A stretch of DNA of 64,000 bases from an uncultured Chloroflexia bacterium (GTDB taxonomy: Bacteria > Chloroflexota > Limnocylindria > Limnocylindrales > CSP1-4): positions 35,167 through 99,166 of the forward strand of contig CAVSAP010000001.1 of the NCBI GenBank assembly GCA_963726055.1, given 5' to 3'. The notes under the pieces were generated by a model. The model saw only the letters and a list, made by a program, of their open reading frames with translations, did no database searches and was not told the origin of the DNA. The position numbers and the translations under genes were made by a program. Shown one piece after another: positions 9,071-18,168 of the stretch; position 1 is the first letter of the stretch, and every line of letters begins with the position of its first letter.

Positions 9071-9892
9071 ATGAGCGAGCCCCTCCTCGAGGTCCGCGGG
9101 CTGCGGCACGTCTACGGGTCGGCCGACTCGGCTTTCGTCGCGCTGGACGACCTCTCGTTCACTGCCGCCGAGGGCGAGCTGATCACGATCGTCGGTCCGT
9201 CCGGCGGCGGCAAGACGACCCTGTTGAGGTGCCTGTCCGGGCTGATGCCGCCGACCGGTGGCGAGGTCCGGCTGCGGGGCCGATCCTTCACGGACGTGCC
9301 CGACGAGCTCGCCCTCGTCTTCCAGGAGTACAGCCGCTCGCTCTTTCCCTGGCTGTCGGTCCGCGGCAACGTCGACATGCCGTTGCGGAACCTGCACCTG
9401 GATCAAGGCGAACGAACGGAGCGAATCACCGCCTCGCTGGCGGAGGTGGGCCTGGCCGATGCCGCCAACCGCTATCCGTGGCAGCTGTCCGGCGGCATGC
9501 AGCAGCGCGTGGCCATCGCCCGCGCGCTCGCCTACCGGCCGGCGATCCTGTTGATGGACGAGCCGTTCGCCTCGGTCGACGCCCAGACCCGGGCAGACCT
9601 CCAGGACACGCTGCTCGACGTCTGGCGCCGCCACGACAGCACGATCCTGTTCGTCACCCATGACATCGACGAAAGCGTGTACCTTGCCGACCGGGTCGTC
9701 GTCCTGTCCCGGGCCCCGGCGCGCGTGGTCGCCGAGATCGTGATCGACCTGCCCCGGCCGCGCGACCAGATCGCGACGAAAGAGCTGCCCCGATTCGTCG
9801 AGCTTCGAGCCGAGGTCGCCAGGCTCATCCGGCGGCCGGTGGCAGATGCCGAGGACCGCGTGGAGCAGGGTGCGGAGGAGCCGCCGTCGTGA
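9071..9892 (+). CDS. ABC transporter ATP-binding protein (NitT/TauT family)
   Basis: Walker A GPSGGGKTT, signature LSGGMQQR, Walker B LLMDEPF, H-loop VTHDIDE. Confidence 0.95.
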   Translation: MSEPLLEVRGLRHVYGSADSAFVALDDLSFTAAEGELITIVGPSGGGKTTLLRCLSGLMPPTGGEVRLRGRSFTDVPDELALVFQEYSRSLFPWLSVRGNVDMPLRNLHLDQGERTERITASLAEVGLADAANRYPWQLSGGMQQRVAIARALAYRPAILLMDEPFASVDAQTRADLQDTLLDVWRRHDSTILFVTHDIDESVYLADRVVVLSRAPARVVAEIVIDLPRPRDQIATKELPRFVELRAEVARLIRRPVADAEDRVEQGAEEPPS

Positions 9893-9902
9893 GGTCGCCG
9901 AG

Positions 9903-10445
9903 ATGAACTCCCAACGCACGCCGTCGCAGACGATCGGACCGTTCTTCGCCGTCGCGATGCCCAGGCCGGGCGAGGAATTCGTCGTGCCTGCCGGGCGAGC
10001 GGATGGCTTCTGGCTGCGGGGCCGGGTGACAGACGGCGCCGGCGATCCGGTGCCCGACGCCATGATCGAGACGTGGCAGGCGGACCCCGAGGGACGGTTC
10101 CCCGGCGACGCCGACTCGTCGTTCCGAGGTCTCGGTCGCGCCGCGTCCGACACTGATGGCCGGTATGCCATCTTCACCCTCAAGCCCGGCCGGGTGCCCG
10201 ATGCCGCCGGCGCCATGCAGGCCCCCCACATCGATGTCTCGGTCTTCGCTCGTGGACTCCTGAATCATCTCGTCAGCAGGGTGTACTTCGCGGACGAAGC
10301 GGAGGCGAACGCGAGCGACCCCGTTCTTGTCCTGGTCGCCGACCCGCGAGCCCGTGCCACACTGGTCGCCGAACGATCGGAGGATGGATACATCTTCGAC
10401 ATCCGGCTCCAGGGCGATGGCGAGACCGCCTTCTTCGAGCTCTGA
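9903..10445 (+). CDS. pcaG: protocatechuate 3,4-dioxygenase alpha subunit
   Basis: 'TPSQTIGPFF', 'IETWQADPEGRF', 'QAPHIDVSVFARGLL', 'YIFDIRLQGDGETAFF'. Confidence 0.92.
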   Translation: MNSQRTPSQTIGPFFAVAMPRPGEEFVVPAGRADGFWLRGRVTDGAGDPVPDAMIETWQADPEGRFPGDADSSFRGLGRAASDTDGRYAIFTLKPGRVPDAAGAMQAPHIDVSVFARGLLNHLVSRVYFADEAEANASDPVLVLVADPRARATLVAERSEDGYIFDIRLQGDGETAFFEL

Positions 10446-11796
10446 CGCGGTGGGTGGCGGCCTGTTCGGCCAAGTCCTCGGGCGGGGACCGGTGGCCGCG
10501 GCGACATCTGACGCGTCCTGGTTGGCGGCCATGCTCGAGGTCGAGGCGGCCCTCGCCCTCGCCCAGGCCCGTGTCGGCATGATCTCGACGGCGGACGCCG
10601 AAGCCATCGAGCGCGCCTGCAGGTCGTCCTCGTTCGACATCGAGCTCCTCGGCAGCGAGGCCACAGCGGCCGGCAACCCGATCGTTCCGCTGGTGCGGCA
10701 CCTGCGGGAAGCGGTCGGCGGGGCGGCCGCAGACCAGGTCCACCGCGGGGCAACGAGCCAGGACATTCTCGACACCGCGACGATGCTGGTCGCCCGCCAG
10801 TCGGTTGACGCGCTCCTCGTCGACCTGAGGCTGGCCGGCGACGCCGCGTCGCGACTGGCCGTCGAGCATCGGGACACCGTCATGGCCGCCCGGACCCTCC
10901 TGCAGCAGGCACTGCCGACGACTTTCGGCCTGAAGGCGGCTGGCTGGCTGACCGGCCTCGACGAAGCCGAGGATGGCCTACGCCGCGTCCGCGACGGTCG
11001 CTTCGCGGTTCAGCTTGGCGGGGCCGGTGGCACGCTGGCCGCGTTCGGCCCCGACGGCCCGGCTGTCGTTGCCGCGTTCGCCGCCCAGCTCGACCTCGCG
11101 GAACCGGCACTCCCGTGGCACACCCAGCGAGGGCGAATCGCGGAACTCGCCTCGGCCCTGGGGGTGACGGCCGGCGCTGCCGCCAAGCCGGCCCTCGACA
11201 TCGTGCTGCTCGCGCAATCGGAGGTGGGCGAGGTCCGCGAAGGCGATCCGGCTCGCGGCGGCTCCTCCTCGTTGCCGAACAAGAGAAACCCGATTGCAGC
11301 CGTCTCCGCCCGGGCTGCCGCGGCCCAGGCGCCCGGCCTGGTCGCGACGCTGCTGGCGGCCATGGCCCAGGAGCACGAACGCGCCGCGGGCGCGTGGCAC
11401 GCCGAGTGGTTGCCCCTGCGGAGCCTGCTTGTGACAGTCGGCTCGGCCGTCGCCTGGCTCGCCGACGCGCTCACCGGGCTCGAGGTCGACCCCGTCGCTA
11501 TGAACTCGAACGTTGCCCTCGGCGGCGGCGCGCTCATGGGCGAGCGGGTCGCCGCGGAGCTCTCATCGGTGCTCGGCCGCGATGCCGCCGGCGCGCTCGT
11601 CGCGGCCGTCTCCCGATCGGCCGCCGACGACGCTGTCCCATTCGAGCTCGCGCTCAGAAACCGGCTCGCGGAGTCGCCCGAGCTCGCAGGCTTCGACGTC
11701 GCGCGAATGCTGGATCCGAGCGGCTACCTGGGCAGCGCGGGCCTTCTCGTCGATCGGGCCGTCGCCGCCCATGCCGGGCTCGAAAAGCGCCGATGA
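10417..11796 (+). CDS. pcaB: 3-carboxy-cis,cis-muconate cycloisomerase
   Basis: Fumarase/aspartase superfamily: 'VHRGATSQDILDTA', 'TLLQQALPTTFGLK', 'GGSSSLPNKRNP', 'QEHERAAGAWHAEW'. Start uncertain (10417 or 10450). Confidence 0.9.
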   Translation: MARPPSSSSDAVGGGLFGQVLGRGPVAAATSDASWLAAMLEVEAALALAQARVGMISTADAEAIERACRSSSFDIELLGSEATAAGNPIVPLVRHLREAVGGAAADQVHRGATSQDILDTATMLVARQSVDALLVDLRLAGDAASRLAVEHRDTVMAARTLLQQALPTTFGLKAAGWLTGLDEAEDGLRRVRDGRFAVQLGGAGGTLAAFGPDGPAVVAAFAAQLDLAEPALPWHTQRGRIAELASALGVTAGAAAKPALDIVLLAQSEVGEVREGDPARGGSSSLPNKRNPIAAVSARAAAAQAPGLVATLLAAMAQEHERAAGAWHAEWLPLRSLLVTVGSAVAWLADALTGLEVDPVAMNSNVALGGGALMGERVAAELSSVLGRDAAGALVAAVSRSAADDAVPFELALRNRLAESPELAGFDVARMLDPSGYLGSAGLLVDRAVAAHAGLEKRR

Positions 11797-12575
11797 GCGA
11801 TCCCGTCGAGGTCCACCACCTGACCGAGGGGCCGCCCGACGCCCCGGTCCTGATCCTCGCTCATGCAATCGGCACGTCGTTGGCGATGTGGCAACCGCAG
11901 GTTGAGGCACTGTCCCGCGACTTCCGCGTCGTCAGCTATGACCAGCGGGGCCACGGCGAGTCCCCCGTCCCGGCAGGGCCGTACGAGATTGCAGACCTCG
12001 GCCGCGACCTGCTCCATCTCATGGACCGCCTGGGTGTGGAGCGAGCCTCGCTGTGCGGCCTGTCCCTCGGGGGGATGACCGTCCTGTGGGTCGCCGCCCA
12101 CGCGCCGGATCGCGTCGAGCGGCTCATCGGCTGCTGCGTCACCGCCCGCCCGGCCTCGCCGGAGGCCTGGGCCGAGCGGGCCGCCACCGTGCGACGCGAC
12201 GGGATCGGCGCCATCGAGGAGCTCGTCATTGATCGGTGGGGCTACCGCGAGCGAAGCCCCCGCGTCGAGGCCCTCGTCCGGGCGGAGCTGCTGGCGACTC
12301 CGCCCGCGGGCTATGCGGCGTGTTGCGAGGCGATCAGGACAATGGACCTGGAGCCGGATCTGGGATCGATCACGGCTCCGACGCTGCTCATCGCCGCGGC
12401 CAATGATCCGGCCGCCCCACCAGCGGCAATGGCGACGGTCGCCGACGCGATCGCGGACTGCGCGCTGAAGGTGGTGGACGATGCGGCTCACCTCGTCAAC
12501 GTCGAGCAACCGGAGGCGGTGACGGCCGCCATCAGGGAGCACCTGGCTCCAGTCTTCGCGGGGAGGCGAGCATGA
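11793..12575 (+). CDS. pcaD: 3-oxoadipate enol-lactonase
   Basis: alpha/beta hydrolase, 'GTSLAMWQPQ', 'YDQRGHGESP', nucleophile motif GLSLGG, 'AHLVNVEQP'. Confidence 0.9.
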   Translation: MSDPVEVHHLTEGPPDAPVLILAHAIGTSLAMWQPQVEALSRDFRVVSYDQRGHGESPVPAGPYEIADLGRDLLHLMDRLGVERASLCGLSLGGMTVLWVAAHAPDRVERLIGCCVTARPASPEAWAERAATVRRDGIGAIEELVIDRWGYRERSPRVEALVRAELLATPPAGYAACCEAIRTMDLEPDLGSITAPTLLIAAANDPAAPPAAMATVADAIADCALKVVDDAAHLVNVEQPEAVTAAIREHLAPVFAGRRA

Positions 12576-12997
12576 CCGACGAGCGCTACGAGACGGGCAT
12601 GAGAATCAGGCGGGAGGTGCTCGGCGACGAGCATGTCGACCGGGCGATGGCGACGACCACGCCGTTCACGGCGCCGTTCCAGGAGTTCATCACCCGCGCG
12701 GCCTGGGGTGACGTCTGGAGCCGCCCCGGTCTCGACCGTCGGACGCGCTCGTGCATCACGCTTGCGGTGCTGACGGCGCTGCGGGCGGAGGGCGAGATCG
12801 CGATGCACGTCAGGGCCGCGCTACGCAACGGCCTCTCGACCGACGAGATCGCCGAGGTTCTCCTTCACGTCGCGGCGTACGCGGGGGTTCCCGCGGCCAA
12901 CGCGGCCTTCGCCGTTGCGGCGCGGACCATCGCCGAAGTGGACGGCTCCGCTGGCGACGGCGCCGCCAACGAGGGCCCCGGGTCAGTCGAAGGGTAG
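12572..12997 (+). CDS. pcaC: 4-carboxymuconolactone decarboxylase
   Basis: 'RREVLGDEHVDRA...FQEFITRAAWGDVWSRPGLDRRTRSCITLAVL...AAYAGVPAAN'. Confidence 0.93.
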   Translation: MTDERYETGMRIRREVLGDEHVDRAMATTTPFTAPFQEFITRAAWGDVWSRPGLDRRTRSCITLAVLTALRAEGEIAMHVRAALRNGLSTDEIAEVLLHVAAYAGVPAANAAFAVAARTIAEVDGSAGDGAANEGPGSVEG

Positions 12998-14158
12998 CCC
13001 GACGTAGTTCTCCGCCAGGCTCCTGGCCGCGGTCTCTGAGCTCGTCACGTACCGCAGCCGGGCACGCTGCAGGCGGGCGATGAACGGGTCGCCGGGGAGG
13101 CGATGCAGCATCAGGCTCATGTAGTTCGAGAAGTCCTGGGCACGCCACACGCGGGTCAGGCAGTCAGCCGAGTAGCGATCCATCAGGGAGGTCGACCCCG
13201 ATCGGTACCACTCGGACAGGGCGAGCGCCAGGAGACGAACATCGGCCACGGCCAGGTTGAGGCCCTTGGCTCCCGTCGCCGGAACGATATGCGCCGCGTC
13301 GCCGGCGAGGAACAGCCGGCCGTACTGCATGGGCTCGACGACGAAGCTGCGCATCGTGGCGATGCCCTTCTCGACGACCGGGCCGTCCCGGAGTTGCCAG
13401 CCGTCGTCGGTCGCGAAGCGGGTCCGTAGCTCGTCCCAGATACGATCGTCAGTCCATCGCTCGATGTCCTCGGTCGGGTCGACCTGGAGGTACAGCCGGC
13501 TGACCGACGGCGATCGCAGGCTGTGGAGCGCAAAGCCCCGCTCGTGGTAGGCGTAGATCAGCTCGTCCGTGGACGGGGCGACCGAGGCGAGGATGCCGAG
13601 CCAGGCAAAGGGGTATTCGTGGTCGTACTCGGTCAGCACGCCTGGCGGGATCGACCCGCGAGAAACCCCGTGGAAGCCGTCGCAGCCGGCGATGACGTCG
13701 CACTGGATCGCGTGTTCGGTGCCGTCCAGGCGATATCGGATCAGGGGATCCTCCGTGTCGATTGCCTCAAGTCGGACGTCGTCGACCTCGAAGGCGATGA
13801 CGCCCCCCGAAGCGAGGCGAGCCGAAATGAGGTCCTTCACGACCTCCTGCTGGCCGTAGATGGTGATCGACCGACCGCTGAGGTCGGTGAGGGCGATCCG
13901 GTGTCCCCGGCCGTCGAAGCGGAGCTCGATCCCGTGATGGACCAGGCCCTCGCGCTTCAGCCGCTCGTCCAGGCCGGTCTCGCAGAGGAGGTCCACCGTG
14001 CCCTGCTCGAGGACGCCCGCCCGGACGCGGTGCTCGACATAGTCGCGCGAACGATCCTCCAGGACGATCGAATCGATTCCTTCGCGCGCGAGCAGATGTG
14101 ACAGGAGGAGCCCGGCCGGGCCGGCCCCGACGATACCGACCTGGGTCCGGGTCGTCAT
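12983..14158 (-). CDS. pobA: 4-hydroxybenzoate 3-monooxygenase
   Basis: 'TQVGIVGAGPAGLLL', 'RAGVLEQGTVDLL', 'YGRLFLAGDAAHIVPATGAKGLNLA', 'LAENYVGLP'. Confidence 0.95.
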   Translation of the reverse strand: MTTRTQVGIVGAGPAGLLLSHLLAREGIDSIVLEDRSRDYVEHRVRAGVLEQGTVDLLCETGLDERLKREGLVHHGIELRFDGRGHRIALTDLSGRSITIYGQQEVVKDLISARLASGGVIAFEVDDVRLEAIDTEDPLIRYRLDGTEHAIQCDVIAGCDGFHGVSRGSIPPGVLTEYDHEYPFAWLGILASVAPSTDELIYAYHERGFALHSLRSPSVSRLYLQVDPTEDIERWTDDRIWDELRTRFATDDGWQLRDGPVVEKGIATMRSFVVEPMQYGRLFLAGDAAHIVPATGAKGLNLAVADVRLLALALSEWYRSGSTSLMDRYSADCLTRVWRAQDFSNYMSLMLHRLPGDPFIARLQRARLRYVTSSETAARSLAENYVGLPFD

Positions 14159-14200
14159 CGAGGCCCGGGCGAGTGCCCGCGGACCGCTCGCGCAGTCGCC

Positions 14201-14899
14201 TCAGTCCTCATGGTCGGGGCGCTCGAACGGTGTGGCGTGATCGCCGCGAAGGACGATGTCGAATCGGAACGCGAGCGCCCATTCCGGTTCGGTGTGCTCG
14301 AGATCGAACCGGGCGATGAGACGTTCCCGGGCCATCGGATCGGGCACCGAGTTGAAGATCGGGTCCTGGCCGAACAGCGGGTCGCCCGGGAAGTACATCT
14401 GCGTGACGAGCCGGTCAATGAACTGCCGACCGAACAGCGAGAAGTGGATGTGGGCCGGTCGCCACGCATTCGGGTGGTTCCGCCAGGGGTACGCACCGGG
14501 CCGAATGGTCAGGAATCGAAAGCCACCGTCGTTGTCCGTCGTCACTCGACCGAACCCCGAGAAGTTCGGGTCGAGTGGAGCAGGGTGGTCGTCGATCTCG
14601 TGGCGGTAGCGCCCCGCCGCATTCGCCTGCCAGACCTCCACGAGCGAGTCCCGCACCGGTCGGCCGCCGCTGTCGCTGACGGTACCGAAGACGATGATCC
14701 GCTCGCCCAGCGGACTCCCCTCGTGCTGGCGCGTGAGATCGGCATCGGCCGGGTCCACTCGTCCCTCGCCAAGGACGGGTCCGCTGAGCTCGGTCAGGCC
14801 GCGCGGAAGCGGAACGAGCGGTCGCAGTGGCGCGCGCAGACGCGTGGTCTCGTAGGCGGGGGAGTGATAAGGCGGATCGATGTTCGCTCGATCGGTCAT
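14201..14899 (-). CDS. pcaH: protocatechuate 3,4-dioxygenase beta subunit
   Basis: 'WQANAAGRYRH', 'PGAYPWRNHPNAWRPAHIHFSLFG' (Fe ligands Tyr/His), 'TQMYFPGDPL'. Confidence 0.95.
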   Translation of the reverse strand: MTDRANIDPPYHSPAYETTRLRAPLRPLVPLPRGLTELSGPVLGEGRVDPADADLTRQHEGSPLGERIIVFGTVSDSGGRPVRDSLVEVWQANAAGRYRHEIDDHPAPLDPNFSGFGRVTTDNDGGFRFLTIRPGAYPWRNHPNAWRPAHIHFSLFGRQFIDRLVTQMYFPGDPLFGQDPIFNSVPDPMARERLIARFDLEHTEPEWALAFRFDIVLRGDHATPFERPDHED

Positions 14900-15795
14900 C
14901 GTGGCCGATTGTGCCGCGCGACATGGCCGTCAACCAGCCGATCGTCCACTGATCGGACGATTAGCGGTCGGAGCTGATCACGGCCGGTCGCCTCGGCCGA
15001 AGCCGGCACCGCCGGTGCCACGCGGGCCGGCACGTCCCAGTGCTCGGCGACGCGTCGTGAGAGGCCGCGTGCCACGGTCGTGACCAGCGGCGCCAGGCGA
15101 CTGACGTCGGCGCCGTGGGAGTCGACGACGAGGGAGATAGCGCCCACCACCTCGTCGTCCGGCCCGCGGATCGGCGCGCCAACCGACACGGTCCGGAGCG
15201 ACATCTCATCGCGGGTGGCGGAGTAGCCGGCCCGTCGGGTCTCGGCCAGGTTGCGACGAAGCTCGTCGGGATCGGTGATCGTGAAGGCTGTCAGCCGCTC
15301 CAGCCCTCGGGCGATGACCTCATCGATGAACGCGGGGGGTCCCATGGCGAGCAGCACCTTGCCGACGCCCGTCGCGTGGAGAGGCAGGCGTCCCCCGACC
15401 CGCGTAACGATCGGAACGGAGTTGGCGCCCCGGATCCGCTCGACAATGAGCGCGTCGTGACCATCGAGCACAGCGAGCTGGACGTTCTCATGCGTCGTCT
15501 CGTACAGATCCTGCATGAACGGAATGGCCAGTTCCCGAAGCGCGGCGCGGTGGGCCGTCAGCGTCCCGAGTTCCCAAAGAAAGGGACCGATGCGGTACAT
15601 GCCCCCGTCCGTCATCTCGAGAGCGCCGTGCTGACGCAGCTCGGTTGCGAGGCGGTGGACGGTCGTCATCGGCAGACCTGTTCGGCGCGCGAGCTGGGCC
15701 CTGGTCAAGCCGGTCTCGGCGGATCGGAGGGCCCTCAGGATCGCGAACGACTTACTGAGGACCGATCGACCCGGCTGACCATTCCTGCCACTCAT
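14896..15795 (-). CDS. IclR family transcriptional regulator (PcaR/PobR-like)
   Basis: HTH 'LTRAQLARRTGLPMTTVHRLA', 'GGRLPLHATGVGKVLLA', 'RRAGYS...SVGAPI'; leaderless start 6 nt after TATGCT. The C-terminal tail may be over-extended. Confidence 0.9.
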   Translation of the reverse strand: MSGRNGQPGRSVLSKSFAILRALRSAETGLTRAQLARRTGLPMTTVHRLATELRQHGALEMTDGGMYRIGPFLWELGTLTAHRAALRELAIPFMQDLYETTHENVQLAVLDGHDALIVERIRGANSVPIVTRVGGRLPLHATGVGKVLLAMGPPAFIDEVIARGLERLTAFTITDPDELRRNLAETRRAGYSATRDEMSLRTVSVGAPIRGPDDEVVGAISLVVDSHGADVSRLAPLVTTVARGLSRRVAEHWDVPARVAPAVPASAEATGRDQLRPLIVRSVDDRLVDGHVARHNRPR

Positions 15796-15813
15796 GGCGG
15801 GAGCATAACTGTC

Positions 15814-15828
15814 GTCCGCTGAGTGGAT
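15814..15828. promoter_or_regulatory. palindromic operator GTCCGC-tga-GTGGAT between divergent iclR and the metE-like gene
   Basis: Same motif as 7320-7334. Confidence 0.6.
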
Positions 15829-15903
15829 TCTCCCGTCGACCGGTCGTCCGAGTTGGCATACCCTACCGCCACTCATCTGAGGCGGTCGACATGAGGTCCC
15901 TCG

Positions 15904-17016
15904 ATGGCTCCACCTGCCAAGACGAGGCTCGCATACCGGGCGGAGGTCGTGGGCAGCCTGCTCCGGCCGGACTACCTCAAGCGGGCCTTCGAGGACTTCG
16001 ACCAGGGCCGGATCAACAAGGACGAGCTCACCTCGGTTCAGGACAAGGCGGCCCTCGAGGCGATCCGGCTCCAGGAGGCCAGCGGCCTCGACGTCATCAC
16101 CGACGGTGAGGTGCGGCGGCGGTTCTGGTTCGACCCGCTGACCGCGAGCCTCGGCTACAACTACGAGGAATCAGCGCCGGTCCCGTTCAAGGGCGGCGGC
16201 AAGGTTCCGGAGGAGGCGCCGCCCAAGCTGCCGGTTGTCACCGAGCGCCTGGGGATCGTCGAGAATCTTCCGCTCCGCGAATACACGTTCGTCCGGGAGC
16301 ACTCCGCGACGCCGACGAAGTCCACGATCGCCGGGATGACCTATGCCAGCGTCCTCTGGGTGCCGGGCAAGTCGGACGGCTCGTACCGGGATCGCGACGA
16401 ATACATGGCTCACGTCCTCCAGCTGATGAAGGAGGTCCTTCGCGAGGCCATCGACGCCGGCAGCAACTACATTCAGCTGGATTCGCCGAGATACACGCAC
16501 ATGGTCAGCGACGAGGGCCAGGCCAACCTCAAGAAGGTCGGCCTCGACGTCGGGACCTGGCTCGACACGATGATCGCGTTCGACAACGAGCTGATCAACG
16601 CGTTCCCGGAGGTCACCTTCGCGGTCCACCTCTGTCGCGGGAACCACCGCAGCATGTGGTCGGTCGAGGGCGGCTATGACGCGATCGCTGACAAGCTCTT
16701 TAACGACCTCGCGGTCGATCGGATCCTGGCCGAGTACGACTCGCCGCGAGCTGGCTCGTTCGCCCCGCTGCGTCTGGTCCCGAAGGACAAGGTTGTCGTC
16801 CTCGGCCTGATTACGACCAAGGAACCGGAGCTCGAGGACGCAGAGCAGCTGAAGCGCCGGATCGACGAGGCGTCGACGTACCTTCCCATCGAGCAGCTCG
16901 GGCTGAGCCCGCAATGCGGCTTTGCCTCGACCCTGCCGGGCAACCTTGTGACCTATGAGGACCAACGAGCCAAGCTCGAGCTCGTCGCTCGGGTGGCTCG
17001 CGACGTGTGGGGATAG
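15904..17016 (+). CDS. cobalamin-independent methionine synthase II family protein (catalytic-barrel only, YxjG/H-like)
   Basis: 'AEVVGSLLRP', 'TDGEVRR', Zn ligands in 'VHLCRGN', 'LAEYD' and 'SPQCGFAS'; 370 aa with no N-terminal folate-binding barrel. Confidence 0.85.
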   Translation: MAPPAKTRLAYRAEVVGSLLRPDYLKRAFEDFDQGRINKDELTSVQDKAALEAIRLQEASGLDVITDGEVRRRFWFDPLTASLGYNYEESAPVPFKGGGKVPEEAPPKLPVVTERLGIVENLPLREYTFVREHSATPTKSTIAGMTYASVLWVPGKSDGSYRDRDEYMAHVLQLMKEVLREAIDAGSNYIQLDSPRYTHMVSDEGQANLKKVGLDVGTWLDTMIAFDNELINAFPEVTFAVHLCRGNHRSMWSVEGGYDAIADKLFNDLAVDRILAEYDSPRAGSFAPLRLVPKDKVVVLGLITTKEPELEDAEQLKRRIDEASTYLPIEQLGLSPQCGFASTLPGNLVTYEDQRAKLELVARVARDVWG

Positions 17017-17054
17017 CGCACATCGGCGGTTGGGCCGATACGGGAGGAGCTGTC

Positions 17055-18137
17055 ATGACAGGCAAGATGTGCTCGAGGAGCATCGGGATCGACTCGCGGC
17101 GATCCGGTCCGCGAACCTGGTTCTCTTTCGTCGTTGTCGTCGGCTTGATCGTTGCCGCCTGCGGTGGCGCCCAGGCCACTCCCAGCCCGGCCGCCTCCGC
17201 CCTGCCGAGCGCGGCCGCAAGTACCTCCGCGGCCCCCAGCGAGTCGCCAAGCGCATCGCCGGCCGGGTCGCCGGAGACCTCGACGATCCAGCTCGGCCTG
17301 TTGCCGCTGGCGGACGTCGCGCCTGTGCATCTCGCCATCGAGGAAGGCTTCTTCGAGGACGAAGGCCTGACGATCGAGATCGTGCCCGTCCAGGGCGGCG
17401 CCGCGGCGATCCCTGCCCTGGTCAACGGCGATCTCGACATCACGTTTGGGAACTACGTGTCGTTCTTCCTCGCCAGCAGCTCCGGCATCGATCTTCGGAT
17501 CATCGCTGAGCAGAACCGCGCTACGCCGGGCTTCAGTTTGATCATGACGCTGCCGGATTCCGGGATCGCGGGCCCGGCGGACCTGGTCGGCAAGAAGCTC
17601 GCAGTCAACACGCTATCAAACGTGGCCGAGATCACCTCCCGCGCACAGATCAAGGATGCCGGCGCTGACCCGAGCGCAGTCGAGTACACGGAGATCCCGT
17701 TCCCGGACATGATCGCGGCCCTCGAACAGGGCAGCGTCGACGCGATCTTCGCGGTCGAGCCGTTCGCGACCCTGGCCAAGCAGCAGCTCCAGGCCGTCGA
17801 AGTGGTCGATCCCTACGGGGGCCGACTCGCGGGCTTCCCGGTGGCCGGCTTCCAGGCCACCACCGAGTTCGCCGAGCAGAACCCGAACACCGTCGCCGCG
17901 TTCCAGCGGGCGATGATCAAGGCTTCGGCTCTCGCGGCCGATTCGCCGGAGAGCGTCGTCGCGATCCTGCCGACGTACACCACTCTCACGCCGGAGTTGG
18001 CGGGCACGATCGCCCAGCCGCTCTACGTGTCGGAGATAGACCTCGACGAGCTCCAGAGGGTCGTCGACCTCATGGTCGAGTTTGAGGTGCTCGACGCCGC
18101 CCCGGACTTGAGCAGCCTGGTGATCCCGACTCCCTGA
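17055..18137 (+). CDS. ABC substrate-binding lipoprotein (NMT1/SsuA/TauA family)
   Basis: Lipobox IVAAC, Pro/Ser/Ala stalk, 'LAIEEGFFEDEGL', 'DLVGKKLAVN', 'FPDMIAALEQGSVDA'. Confidence 0.9.
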   Translation: MTGKMCSRSIGIDSRRSGPRTWFSFVVVVGLIVAACGGAQATPSPAASALPSAAASTSAAPSESPSASPAGSPETSTIQLGLLPLADVAPVHLAIEEGFFEDEGLTIEIVPVQGGAAAIPALVNGDLDITFGNYVSFFLASSSGIDLRIIAEQNRATPGFSLIMTLPDSGIAGPADLVGKKLAVNTLSNVAEITSRAQIKDAGADPSAVEYTEIPFPDMIAALEQGSVDAIFAVEPFATLAKQQLQAVEVVDPYGGRLAGFPVAGFQATTEFAEQNPNTVAAFQRAMIKASALAADSPESVVAILPTYTTLTPELAGTIAQPLYVSEIDLDELQRVVDLMVEFEVLDAAPDLSSLVIPTP

Positions 18138-18168
18138 TCGCCACCGCAGCCGCAACTGATCGGGAGCC

